Shown in pieces: positions 1 to 12,154 of a stretch of DNA of 64,000 bases. Each line of letters opens with the position of its first letter. Position 1 is the first letter of the stretch. The notes beneath the pieces are model-generated. The model saw only the letters and a program-made list of their open reading frames with translations, was not told the origin of the DNA and made no database searches. The position numbers were made by a program, and so were the translations under genes. Origin of the DNA: Camelus ferus (Eukaryota); contig NC_045727.1 of NCBI RefSeq assembly GCF_009834535.1, forward strand, positions 6,820,001-6,884,000, read 5' to 3'.

Positions 1-376
1 ACGAGGCCACTGTGAAACCACAATGGAGCAAGACAATGGACACAGACCAAACATGAACACTGTCCAAACCACAAATATGACCAAAATTCCCCTACCCTGA
101 TATGAGGGGCTGCTGCTTCTTTAACAATTTACCAAGTGAATTTCTGCCACTTCCTGCCAGTATCCAGTCCCGAGCAGAGCCCTAGCTCCTTAAACCCTAC
201 CCAAATCATCCAACCTAAGTCCAAATCCCATACTAAGTCCTTTCTGATACCCTCTAACTGAGATACCCCACACCTCCCATAGTGCAGTTCCCCTCTCACT
301 GCAATGAATATTAATCTCAACTTGTACAACTGCAAGTTTTATTCCTGGTGGTCTTTAGTTGAAGGGCACTTTGACA
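1..376 (+). mobile_element. 3' part of an old ERV-type LTR
   Basis: LTR-like U3/R/U5 composition ending ...gaagggcactttgaCA; family not assigned. Confidence 0.5.
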
Positions 377-1912
377 CTCGGTAAAGGCTGTTAAGAGATC
401 TGAGAAATCCAAACCATGCACCAAAAACACTTCTAAATTTAAAGAGGCAAAAAAAAGTTTATTATTTGGATGTTTAATTAATATTTATCATAGCTAATCT
501 ATTAGTTTTATGGTAAATTTAAGATGGAATTGTTTTCATGTGCCGGATATACACTTTCACAGTACATTGAGAACCTTTTATAATTAATGTATCTAGTATA
601 TCTTTATTTAGATCTGAAGCATAGTTTATTACCTTAAATCATTATGAAGGCTTAGAATTCTCATAGTTCTGCTTCAGGCAATCTCTAGTTGTCACTTTTC
701 TTCAAGTTTTAACCTGTGTTACTAATGATTTAGAGGAATCCATAGTGACCTTGGCCTTTAGCACCTTGACCTTAACTTGACCAAACCAGAACTCATTAAT
801 CACTTCTAAAAATGAGACTGTCTGGCAATTTAGAAGAATTTATCCAATTTTTTAATGTGCTTAACCTTTGGCCCATCAATTATAGTCTACAAAATTTATC
901 CTATAAATTCACTGGCACAAAAATCCAAAGATATACAAAGTCATCCATTGTTCTATTGATAATAACATCAAAAGCCAAAAAAAAAAAAAGGAAAAACTCA
1001 AATTTCTATCAATATTCAGTTAGCTAAATGAACCTTAATATGTACACCTATACAGTGGAATACTATGTAGCCATTAATAATAATGCTGAAAATACACATG
1101 AATTGGTTTGGAAAGACGCACATAATATACTGTGGGGAAAAAGTTGCAGAATAATATAATCCAAGATTAATACACAGACACACAAACACATGTTTGTATA
1201 AAGATATATTTTTATACCATGGATAAAAGTGGGTTCCTTCTGGGGGATTGGTATGGAAGAATTTTATTCCATCTACGTGTTCAAAAGTCATGTTGTATTG
1301 CTTTTACCTTTAAAAATACATTTTTTATATGTTCCATTTGCTGTATTCCCTCCCCAGATTTACCAAACACCCAATCCCCCTCCAGGATCTTATCTTCATT
1401 TCTTGTCCCTACGTCCAGCCATCAGCTGAGCCAAACATCTCAACCTCTGAAACACTTAACAGAGCTTCACTTTGCCCTTCTCTCTGGCCGGGGTCAGTGT
1501 GACCTGGCAGTTCTCCCCGAATCTGCTTCCTCACTGTCTCGACGTAAGCTGTGAACGGCCGCAGGGGACTCCTTCTAGCGTGCAAAAACATAATTCCATT
1601 CCTCTGCCCAAAACCTTTTGGCTCTCCTGGACCAACAGAATAAGCCTCAAGCTTTCACTGAGGACTCCAAGACTCCCTTTTACCTCCACTTTGCCATTTC
1701 AGGTTAAGGTCAAGCATCCAAGGCATCCGTCACTCACATCCCAGACGCAGCAGCATTAAGGGACCCCCTGGATTTGAACCTGCATTTACATACCTTCAAA
1801 TCTTTCTCACTTAGTTCCCTCCTTTCCCCTGCCTCTCCTTTTAAGTCCCATCCTACAAATACAATTGTCTTCACTTAACATTCGACACTAAATGTTGCTT
1901 CTTGCTTGCACT

Positions 1913-2130
1913 GAGAGGTAGCCTAGCATGATTGGAAAACGCACAGATTTTGAGCCAGCCAGATGAGATGAAATCTTAGCGGCCGTTTACTAGCTCTGTG
2001 ACCTTGCTTCACTCCTACCTTGGTTTCCTCATCTAACATAAGGATAAGAAAGCCAGTCTCCTAAGCTAACACTTGCAAAGCACGGAAGGACTGAACACAG
2101 TAAACACTTGAAAAAATGTTACTTACTTTG
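1913..2130 (+). mobile_element. MIR SINE remnant
   Basis: MIR core tactagctctgtgaccttg ... ggtttcctcatct. Confidence 0.7.
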
Positions 2131-2284
2131 GTTACTGGACTCTAAAATGGTAACTTCCGTCGCTCCTGAGGCTCGTTGTTTTTTGCTCCTAAAGTTAATG
2201 CTCCCCTCCCAAAGCTCCCAAGCCTTTGAGTTCCTGTGACTCCTTTTTATTTATAGCATTTTTGGCATTGGTCTCCGTACAAAA

Positions 2285-2730
2285 TAGTTAAGCGGTTAAG
2301 CTCTGAAGCAGAACTTTCTGGATTCATGACCTTGACCCTTGGCTTGTGCAAGTTAACTGTCTCTATGCCTCAGTTTCTCCATCTATAAAATAAGGTAATC
2401 ATAGTTCCTGCCTTAAGGTGGGTTCTTAAGAATAAATGTGGCCATCTCCAACTCCCGGTCTTTGGCATCGCGTTCGGTCTTCGGCGTCGCGTTCGAGAAC
2501 AGCGGGCGACGAGCAAGCGGCGAGGGGCGGGCTCAGGCCTGGACAGCGCTCCGGATTGGACAACGCGGCAGGCCCCGCCCCTGCGGGAGCCCCCCGTCTG
2601 GCCGGGCGGGGGAGGGCCCTCCTCCCTCCCCGGGTGACGAGCCACAGCAATTAAAAAAAAAAAAGTGATCATCTCCTGAAAATACTTAACATAGTACTAG
2701 CACTCAGTAAGTGTTAGCTATATTATTTAT
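2285..2730 (+). mobile_element. MIR SINE, split by the CpG-rich insertion at 2450-2664
   Basis: gcctcagtttctccatctataaaat lies on the left of the insertion; tagcactcagtaagtgttagctatattatt continues on the right. Confidence 0.75.
2450..2664 (+). mobile_element. Unidentified CpG-rich retroposed insertion with poly(A) tail
   Basis: About 200 bp with roughly 25 CpG, an A12 tail (2653-2664), and flanks gtggccatctcc (2438-2449) and gtgatcatctcc (2665-2676). Confidence 0.65.
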
Positions 2731-2816
2731 CAGAGCGGGAGAATGAGAACATACGCAGCATAGTTCAAATAAGGTGGAATTCATTTTAAAGACCCAGGCA
2801 GAAAAATAAAGCTACC

Positions 2817-2910
2817 TCAGGGTTTCTCAACTAAGCCCTGTTGACATTTTGGGCTAGACTGTTCTTTCAGTGGGGACTGTTTTGTGCATTTAAACAGTAT
2901 CCCTGGCGTC
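2817..2910. mobile_element. MER20 (hAT-Charlie) fragment
   Basis: cagggtttctcaac...ttgacattttgggc...gtggggactgttttgtgcatt...atccctggc. Confidence 0.65.
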
Positions 2911-2912
2911 TC

Positions 2913-3110
2913 CCCGAGACAAGAAGGAAGGCGGCAGGGCACAACCCTTAAAAGAATGAGGAGGGGGACACAGCCGTTGAGGAAAACAGGATTAAGATAA
3001 AAACTGGTTAGAACTAGACTCAAGATGGCGTAAGATTTGACTTCCAGTAGACCTCCAGCCTGGGGATACTGCTCGTTGTAATATATTAGCAAGCTAAATA
3101 CACAGTATTA
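2913..3110 (+). mobile_element. ERV1-like LTR fragment
   Basis: aaaactggttagaactagactcaagatggcg and tgtaatatattagcaagctaaat resemble ERV1 LTR motifs. Confidence 0.4.
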
Positions 3111-3607
3111 TAAGCATACTAGACCAATGTGTTTTCTTAGCTTTTCTTGAAACAAAGACCTTTTGGAAGACAATAAATAACACTTTTAAGTTACATATAA
3201 TTTCAGGGTGGTTCATAGCCCTCATCCTATGACCATTTCTTGGATCCTGTAAGATTGTACACATACATAAAAATACAACATGCCTAAAATAGTTAAACAT
3301 ATATTGTATCTAGTGTGTTGTCAACACATACACATTTGCCTTATTTGAACTCAATTATAAGAAAAAGAGAAAAATTTATCCTGTAGCTCTTAAAATCAAT
3401 CACATCAGAATTTGGCCTCAATGCCTTAGAGAAAGTGAGGGCACAAGCAAATGCAAAAAGAAACAAGGTAAGTTAATTCTTGCCTTTTGCCCTTATAAAG
3501 ACCCAGGGCAATTTAAGGTGATTTTGGCCACATAAGATTTTTGCCCTAAGCATTAACTCTAGAGCCTACCCCTTTAACCTCTCACTCAAGATGTAAGCTT
3601 TCCATAT

Positions 3608-3819
3608 CAATGGTTTTCAAACTTTAGGCCTTCACCTATAAGTGGTCAAAAAAATCAATATACTGGGTCATGACCAATCAGCATTTTTTTTAATTAAACG
3701 GAACTGAATGGAAAATATCAGAGTGCAAGATTCACAGTATGATGATTATTTCATAACTGTTATGCTTCATTTTTAGTGTGTATGTTTCTTACTCTGTTCA
3801 AAAATGTTTGAAAGATCTA
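3608..3819. mobile_element. hAT-Charlie-type MITE
   Basis: Terminal inverted repeats caatggttttcaaac ... gtttgaaagatcta. Confidence 0.5.
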
Positions 3820-3822
3820 TGT

Positions 3823-4723
3823 TGTGTGCTGCCCAGTGTTGGTAGCCAGTAATCACACGTGGCTACTGAGCACTTGAAATGGTTGACCAGAAGACACATG
3901 CTGTAAGTATAAAACACATGAAATTTCAAAGACTAAATAGGAAAAAAAAAAAAAAAAGAATGTAGAATAACTAATAAGTTTTCTATTGATCACATGTTAA
4001 AATATAACATTTAACTTCATGTATATTTTGTTGAACGAAATATTATTAAAGTTGTAAGTAGATAAGGTAGGGGGTTCTTGAAGAAAGAGAACCAGGCATG
4101 GCTTTCTTGACATAAGAGAAGCTGTTTTTGTCCTAAGCTGTTTTGTGATCTAAGGCTGGCTGCAGTGCTTGCCTTTGAATAGGTATTAGTAATTAATGAT
4201 CTTAAGGGGACAAAAGAATGCAGAAACAAAGGACTGTTATCAGGCCAGAGAAGTAACTTCAGCAAAGATAATACATCCGTTGTAAGGACTCCCAGTTCTA
4301 TTTCAATGGTAAAAATTATCCTGAAGCTCTACCATCAGATCAACTGGAACCTAAGGGATGATGTAGACCTTTGCCAACCCAGCCTCCTGACTTCAGCAGC
4401 TAAAGCTTGGACTCTATCCACCACCCAAGCCCCTTCATGAATATGCATACACCCTTAGCTTAAAACTTCCCCAGTTTTGCTCTTCAGGGAGACACTGCTT
4501 TGGGGAAGACCCCTGGTGTTCTCCTTACTTGCTGCAAGTAATAATAAATCCTTCCTTCTCCCGTTTTTTTTTGGCTTGATTGTGTCTTTTACCCACAAAG
4601 AGGCAAACCCAGTTTTCAGATAACAATATTAATTTCACATTTTTTTTTACTGTTATAATGTGGTTACTAGAAAATTTTTAATTATGTATGTGGCTATCAT
4701 AATATGCCTATTGGACAGCACTG
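3823..4723. mobile_element. MER33 (hAT-Charlie), interrupted by a solo LTR
   Basis: ggtagcc...gtggctactgagcacttgaaat at the left end; gtggttactagaaaattttt...attggacagcactg at the right end. Confidence 0.75.
4053..4625 (+). mobile_element. ERV1-type solo LTR (about 570 bp)
   Basis: TG...CA termini (tgtaagtag ... cagataaca), AATAAA near 4542, and MER33 sequence resuming immediately on both sides. Confidence 0.75.
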
Positions 4724-6412
4724 CCCTATATGTGTTAGCAAAGTATTGCGTGTATATACATGTTCACGATATGTTTATAATCTGGCTTATATTATCTTTA
4801 TATTGCTTTGTCACCATATTACTACCAAACACTTGAGGGATTTGTTCAATGTCAAAATGAGAACCAGCCTTTCAGGGTCAGCTAAAGTGTTTCTCCGCAT
4901 GGTCGGAAGCACCCACTTTCAAAGCAGAGAGTGAGTACCCACTGACTCAGCCTGACTGACTCCATCCCATGTTGCAGGGCCTTGGCAGCGATGACAAACC
5001 TCTTAGGAATGTTTCCTTCTCTTTTTTTCTCTTACTTAACCTTGTTAGTTCAGAAAGGGTTACAGCCATCCTGCCAATGGTTATGCGCTCAGAGTGACCA
5101 CACCTCTGGATCCGGCAGTCCTGAGTTGTGCATCAGCTTTATATCTCATAGTCTCCTTTGCTCTCCTAGCTCAGGGAAAGTCCCACTATCTGTCAATCAT
5201 AATCATGACCTTTCTACTCATCAGAAGTGTGCTGCGGGGACCCTCCCAACATGCACCTGCACGCACCTGCCCCTCCTGATTAGTTTCAGCCTCCCTGGAG
5301 CCACTCATTTCCCCCCAGCTTAACTCCTTCTGCATTCAATACCTTGAATCATATTGATCTTAGGAATTCTTCCCTTCCTTGAGGTTGATAAAAAATAATT
5401 AAATAATCACAAAAAGCCATTAATATTATATAGAGTACTTATCTTGAGACATTATGCTAAGCACTTTCTCTCACGTAATCATCACAACAGTTTTGTTGTG
5501 CTGCGAATCCTCCCCCTTTAAAAATAAAGAAACTTTGCCTTATGAGGTGACCTAAATTTTAAGATCCAGGATGTCTTGTTCACTATAGACCCAATGTATA
5601 CAAAAAGTGCCTGGCACATAAGTGCAAGTGCTCGATCAATGGCTGTTGAATAAACAAGTGAATGAATAAATGGTGCCATACACCACTTTCTACTTTTACT
5701 TATGGTTGTGTCTACGTGCCAACAACCTTATTAGGTTAAGCTATTAGTTCCTTGAAGGCAGGATTTATTTTTGGCATTTCCTGTGGTTATTAGCACAATG
5801 CCTGACACAGAGTGGACACTCAAAGATAAAACAAATAAATCAATGATTACATGAGAATCACTTTCCCACAACTTCAGCATATGACATTACCTTGCTAAGA
5901 ACCATTCAATGGCTCCCTATTACCCTTAGGCTGAAGCCCAGATTATTCTTCATGGCCTACAAGGGCTCCCTCACCACTTGAGCCATTCGTTATCAGCTGC
6001 ACTGAACTTCTTTCAGTTCCTCAAGTTCCGAGTGATGTTAGTGGCAGAGTCTCCACTACCCTGTGAGGACCTTTCACCTGGCCATTCTTACCTTCCCCCA
6101 GCCCCCCTGCTACCCCTGCACCCGGCTGACCCTCGTCTAGGTTAGTTTCCTTCAGATGGCTCTCATGATACCCTGCACTTCCACTCTTGCAGTGCTTATT
6201 GTAAGGATAACTCAATAATTATTTTTATGTTTTTTTCATCTAGTGTTTATGTTCTGTAAGCCCCAAGGAGCATGTCTGTTTTGTTTACAACAATGTACCT
6301 TGTGTTTAGGCCAGAGGTAGGAAACCAGTGGCCCACACACGTTTTTTGGCCCACCCTCCCAATGTTGTGTCTGTGCATTTATGTGGATAGAGAGATAGAT
6401 AGAATTCTATTT

Positions 6413-6448
6413 CTATATCTATATCTATATCTATATCTATATCTATAT
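6413..6448. repeat. (CTATAT)n microsatellite
   Basis: ctatatctatatctatat... Confidence 0.85.
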
Positions 6449-6648
6449 AGAACTCATTATAAAACTACTCTAATTTGAAAAGACACANNNNNNNNNNNNN
6501 NNNNNNNNNNNNNNNNNNNNNNNNNNNNNNNNNNNNNNNNNNNNNNNNNNNNNNNNNNNNNNNNNNNNNNNNNNNNNNNNNNNNNNNNNNNNNNNNNNNN
6601 NNNNNNNNNNNNNNNNNNNNNNNNNNNNNNNNNNNNNNNNNNNNNNNN

Positions 6649-7078
6649 ATGGATGGACTTAGAGATTGTCATTCTAAGTGAAGTAAGCCAGAAAGAAAAA
6701 GAAAAATATCATATGATATCACTCATACATAAAATCTAAAAAAAAAAGGGCACTATGAACTCATCCATAAAACAGAAACAGACTCTCAGACATAGTAAAC
6801 AATCTTATGGTTACCAGGGAAAGGGGGTGGGAAGGGATAAATTTGGGAGTTTGAGATTTGTGAATGTTAGTCACTGTATATAAAAAGAAATTTCTTAGAA
6901 GTTTCCTCTGAAAAAAAAAAAGTTTATTCTGTATAGCACAGAGAACCATGTTCAATATCTTGTAATAACCTTTAATGAAAAAGGATATGAAAATGAATAT
7001 ATGTATGTATATGCATGACTGGGACATTGCGTTGTATCAGATATTGACACATTGTAACTGACTGTACTTCAATTAATA
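6649..7078 (+). mobile_element. Lineage-specific L1 3' end (5' side hidden by N block)
   Basis: ctaagtgaagtaagccag ... gcatgactgggacatt ... tgactgtacttcaat; near-identical in style to 11305-11673. Confidence 0.85.
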
Positions 7079-7387
7079 AGTTTTTTTAAACTTTAAAATA
7101 TTTATTTCACAAAAAAAACTCTGTATTTATGGCTTCTCTTGGGAAAAAATATCCAAAGATCTGGCAATGCTGCACATAGGAGTCAGGACAGGCGAGCAGT
7201 GCTACAGGAACAACCCCAGACCACTGGTTTCTCACTCACACCGCAGGGCTGATGGGGGCAGGTGGTGGCTCTGCTCCCCATCCCTCCTGAGTTCCATCTG
7301 GAACACTGACAGTCACTGGGGCAGAAGGAAGAGGGGACGCAGCAAACCATGCTCACCGCTCTCACCCACAAGTGACACACACCTCTT

Positions 7388-7402
7388 TTTTTTTTTAAAG
7401 TT

Positions 7403-7461
<59 letters not shown>

Positions 7462-7575
7462 TTTTGGTGGGGGGGAGGTAATTAGGTTTACTTAGTATTT
7501 ACTTATTCTTAGAGGAGGTACTGGGGATTGAACCCATGACCTCATGCCTGCTAAGCATGAGCTATACCCTCCCCC
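7388..7575 (-). mobile_element. Camelid-type tRNA-derived SINE with (ATTT)n tail
   Basis: Head GGGGAGGGTATAGCTC on the minus strand, B-box ggttcaatcc, and a perfect 12-bp TSD cacacacctctt (7376-7387, 7576-7587). Confidence 0.9.
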
Positions 7576-8236
7576 CACACACCTCTTCCACTCACGTTTC
7601 ATTGCCCAAAGCCAGTCACCAGCGTGGGGATAGATAACCCCCTGCAGGGAGGGCCGCTTCAGGAGGGAAACCCGAATATCTAGGAAGCAGTAATCCAAAT
7701 CTACCCCAGAGACACAGTCAGCTGGAGCTGAAGCGCAGCTGTCTCCTTCCGATGGGACATTTACTCTCTAGTTTGACACATTCATTACTCTTCATTCATT
7801 ACTCTTCATATATTACATTCATTTCCTGTGTGATTTAAGTTTGCAATCCCCCTAGTAAAGGGCCATAGAANNNNNNNNNNNNNNNNNNNNNNNNNNNNNN
7901 NNNNNNNNNNNNNNNNNNNNNNNNNNNNNNNNNNNNNNNNNNNNNNNNNNNNNNNNNNNNNNNNNNNNNNNNNNNNNNNNNNNNNNNNNNNNNNNNNNNN
8001 NNNNNNNNNNNNNNNNNNNNNNNNNNNNNNNNNNNNNNNNNNNNNNNNNNNNNNNNNNNNNNNGTATTTCATANNNNNNNNNNNNNNNNNNNNNNNNNNN
8101 NNNNNNNNNNNNNNNNNNNNNNNNNNNNNNNNNNNNNNNNNNNNNNNNNNNNNNNNNNNNNNNNNNNNNNNNNNNNNNNNNNNNNNNNNNNNNNNNNNNN
8201 NNNNNNNNNNNNNNNNNNNNNNNNNNNNNNNNNNNN

Positions 8237-8530
8237 AATATGACAAAAAAGAAACAGACTCACAGGTATACAGAGCTAATTAGCGGTTACCAGTGGGGAG
8301 AGAGAAGGGGGAGGGGTGAGGTCAGGGGAGGGGATTAAGAGGTACAAATTACTATGTATAAAATAAGCTACAAGGATATATTGTACAGCACAGGAAATAC
8401 AGCCAATGTTTTATAATAACTAAAAATGGAGTATAACCTTTAAAACTTCTGTGTCACTGTATTGTATACCTGTAACATATAATATTGTATATCAACTATA
8501 TTTCAATTTTTAAAATACATTATTAAAAAA
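8237..8530 (+). mobile_element. L1 3' UTR fragment (L1MA/L1_Art-like)
   Basis: aaacagactcacag ... ggttaccagtgggg ... aaggatatattgtacagcacagg ... atcaactatatttcaat. Confidence 0.85.
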
Positions 8531-9339
8531 AGAATGAATAAGTGAATAAGTAAGCAAACCCTTCTGTATATTCTGGCACAAGCAAACACTAGCTCTTTGA
8601 GAAGCCAAGCCCTGGCTAGTCAGTCACTGGCTTTCTTAGAACATTTCTGCCTGGACTAGCCCCACATCCGGTGACTGCCCTGTTAGCTGCCCAGAGGAGG
8701 ACTGCACCCCCATGCAGTCTCCCCATGATTACAGCACAAACGGAACATTTGTCTCCCAAGTGGCCGAGCAGCCATTACTCACGGTGGGCTGACCCATCTT
8801 CATGAAACAGATGAGCTTGGCGGGGCGAGGAGCTGGCATCTCCAGTAGGTGGGAAAACTTGTCGGTGTGCAGCCTCCTTATTGTATTCGTAATGGCCTCG
8901 GGATCAAATATTGATCTCAAATGCCTGGCGGCCCACAGTGACAAGAGTCTCTTTGCTCTGCTGATGGACTCGGGGATATGGAAGGCAGATTTCCTATTTC
9001 CTTCACACTCGCTTTCGTCACACTGGAAAGGTATAGGCAACCCAAGTTTTTCTCTAAACTTTTATCTCCAAGAGGTCTTAAGATGCCACAATCAGGCACC
9101 TAAAATGTGAATCACCTGCAAAACAATCTCCTGTCCCAATCAGTTCTGTTAACGTCCTTTCATCAGGCTACCAGATTTCAGGTTATCTCCTCCTATATAC
9201 AGCCCCCCAGTGTTCTCATTTGGACACCTGAGGGGACATCATTCTATTTTTACCAGCCTTCCAGATTGTCCCCTTTTCTGATTCCCATCTGCTGACTCTC
9301 TCATGTGTGTATGTGTGTGAGTAAACATATACACACATA

Positions 9340-9920
9340 CACATTTATGAATGCATTTGTAAATTTCATTATTTCTTCCCATGAATACTTAGTACAATGC
9401 TAGATACTTGGGGTAAATGATGAGGCAGATAAGCAGGGACGCTAGCCTTCTGGAGCTCACAGTCCTAATGGGAAGACAGCAGCAGTAGGAAGAAATGGTT
9501 ATGATAAGTGCTGCAATAAAAAGAAGTTCAAAGACTTTGGGAAGCCTGAACACAGACCAGGAAGGTTCATGGACCACTTCCTGGAAGAAATGACATTCAG
9601 CCTAAGAGCTAAAGGTCGGCAGTAGTGAGGTAACTCCAGGCAGAGGGACCAACTGTGAGGAGACCCAGAATCCAAACAGCATGGGATCCTTAAGGAACAA
9701 ATGAGTTCAGTTCGGCTGGGACACAAGTAGCAAGAGGCAGGATGGGAAACAGGTGGGAAAGCTAATGAGGGATGCAAGGGCCGGATTGTATAAAGCCTTG
9801 GATGTTCCATGAAGCAGCTGGAACTTAATTCCGAGTGAAACAGGGAGCCAAGGCAATGAAGTGTTTTGCAAGCAGGAGGGTGATGTGATCCGATTTACAT
9901 CTGCTCCACGAGGATATTCA
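9340..9920 (-). mobile_element. L2 remnant
   Basis: ggagctcacagtcct, ggaagaaatgacattcagcctaag and gattgtataaagccttg are typical antisense L2 3' motifs. Confidence 0.7.
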
Positions 9921-10595
9921 AAATCCATGAGCTGGAAGTCTTATTAGCACTGACCCATCAGAATGGATTTAGACAGGGTCCTGGAGGCACCCTGCTCTTC
10001 TAGGCATTTACCCATTGGCTGCTGGAGGTCTGAAAGGTCCCAGGGGAGAGGCTGAGCTGCCTGGAGGACAGAGGACTCAGGACAGTGGCTCTTAATAACT
10101 GTATAGTGTTAATTTACCCCTGCATTAATTATATTCATAAATATCTAAAAATACACATATGAGAAAGATGAAGAAATATCCACCAGCAAAAGTTGTCTTT
10201 TAGGATAATAGGCTTTGTAGTCTAGTGCAGAAGCATTTTAATGTTTAAAGAACCAGCATGGCCATCCTGAGGCATACCAGCTAAATACATGTGCTAAAGT
10301 CTGCACAGAACAAATAAGCCAGGATGGTATTTTGAAAGATTAACTGATGTTCTTTTCCCCCACCACTCATATGTAATCCAGTGGCCGTTCTCTGTTTTAA
10401 GGGGTCAGATCATGGTCAGACCATGAAAGCAGAAAAAAAGTCTTTAAAGTTTCAAAAGCCTGAACCTAGAAGAAACTTCGGCCAGTGGAAAATAAACACA
10501 AGGAAGCAGACCAGGGATTCTTGCCTTCAAGATGAGATCAAAGAGGAAGAGAAGCGGAGAACCGGGAACTCCTTGGGGGAGTACGTGCCCCCATC

Positions 10596-10611
10596 CCACC
10601 AGGGGGCGCTA
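10596..10611 (+). promoter_or_regulatory. CTCF-binding motif
   Basis: CCACCAGGGGGCGCTA matches the CTCF core consensus exactly. Confidence 0.65.
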
Positions 10612-11304
10612 TCCACAGCCGCCCCAGTTGGGAATCTGAGTGCTGGGGATGCGTTCTGAGGGATTCACCCAAGAAGCCAGCAAGAATCTGGCAAGAACCC
10701 AAGCAGGGAAATAAAAATCAGGGACATGAAACAGTCTTACAGATCTCCTCCCACAGAGGACACCACACCTCACCCACTCCCCATCTCACGACACTGATAT
10801 CATTTAAGCCTCCGGGAACTTAAGAAAGAGTCAGGCTCTCAGAACCCAGATGTAAGAGGTATTCTCGGGACAACTGGAAATTTTGAATATGGATCAGATT
10901 TTATACAATATTAGGAAATTATTGTTAATTTTCTTAACTGTGGTAATGGTATTGCAATCATGTAGAAGAAAGTACTTTTATTTAGGTAAATCATGCTGAA
11001 CTATTATGGGGTAAAATACCATAACTTCTGCAACTTATTTTCAAATAATTTAGAACGGAAAACATACAAGTTCATAGGCGGGGGAGAGAGAAAACAAATC
11101 CAGTAAAATGTCAAGAACTGACATTGAAGGGAGGGTTTATGGGTGTTCACTGTACTAGAGTTTCAACTCTCATAGGTTTTAATTTTTCAATAATGTATAA
11201 ACTTCTAAAATAAATATTTATAAAATTCATAATTGTAATTATAAATGCCAGAAGTCACAAGGAAAATGTTGATCCAGTAACATTAGTTTAAAATGTGCTA
11301 AGCA

Positions 11305-11673
11305 AAGAAAAATACCATATGATACCACTCATATGTGGAATATAAAAAAATAGGACACTATAAACTCATCTACAAAACAGAAACAGACTTGCAGACCTAG
11401 TAAACAATCTTATGGTTACCAGGAAAAGAGGGTTGGGAGGGGACAGATTTGAGAGTTTGAGATTTGCAGATGTTAGCCACTATATATAAAAATAGATTTT
11501 TTTAAAAAGTTTCTTTTGTATAGTGCTGGGAACTATGTTGAATATCTTGTAATGACCTTTAATGGAAAGGAATATGAAAACAAATATATGTATGTATATG
11601 CATGACTGGGACATTGTGCTGTACATGAGGAATTGACACATTGTAATTGACTGTACTTCAGTAAAAAATAAAA
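11305..11673 (+). mobile_element. 5'-truncated young L1 with TSD
   Basis: Perfect 16-bp TSD taaaatgtgctaagca (11289-11304, 11674-11689), A-rich tail, TT/AAAA endonuclease site. Confidence 0.92.
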
Positions 11674-11787
11674 TAAAATGTGCTAAGCAGCATAAAGAAT
11701 GGTTTGTATTAAGGATATTCATAAATTTGTAAAAATGTATACACATGAAAAAGATAAAGAAGGTAAAAATAACAGTTGTTAAATTAA

Positions 11788-11890
11788 GGGGGAGGGTATA
11801 GGTCAGTGGTAGAGCGCATGTCTAGCATCATGAGGTCCTGGGTTCAACCCCAGTGCCTTCATCAAAAAAAATTGTTTTAATAAAAATAAA
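11788..11890 (+). mobile_element. Camelid-type tRNA-derived SINE
   Basis: ggggagggtataggtcagtggtagagcgc...ggttcaacccc; degenerate TSD aaataa(c)agttgtt(a/g)aatt. Confidence 0.9.
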
Positions 11891-12154
11891 AATAAATAGT
11901 TGTTGAATTAGAATGGTGGGATTACCTGCGGCATTTCCCTCTATTTCTCACTCTTCTGTGCTTTTATATTAAAAGTTACTTTTAGATGCTACCTTGAAAA
12001 AAGTTGGGATGAGAAGGAAGAGATTCTGAATTGACTCAGATTAAGTAACTTCCACCCAACAGAATGGGAGTTCCGAATAAAAATTAAATTCAATTATGGA
12101 AAAGTAAGAAAGTTATTGTTATTTTTGGGTTAGTGGACCACAAGTTTACACAAG

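Noticed and set aside
2489-2510. Vault RNA / nc886 similarity (gttcgagaacagcgggcg)
   Set aside because: Only the B-box-like stretch resembles it; the vault 5' end and the TTTT terminator are absent.
2370-2672. Overlapping ORFs over the CpG-rich insertion
   Set aside because: GC-rich sequence is stop-poor by composition, the peptides are low-complexity and unrecognised, and the 19-nt internal repeat shifts frame.
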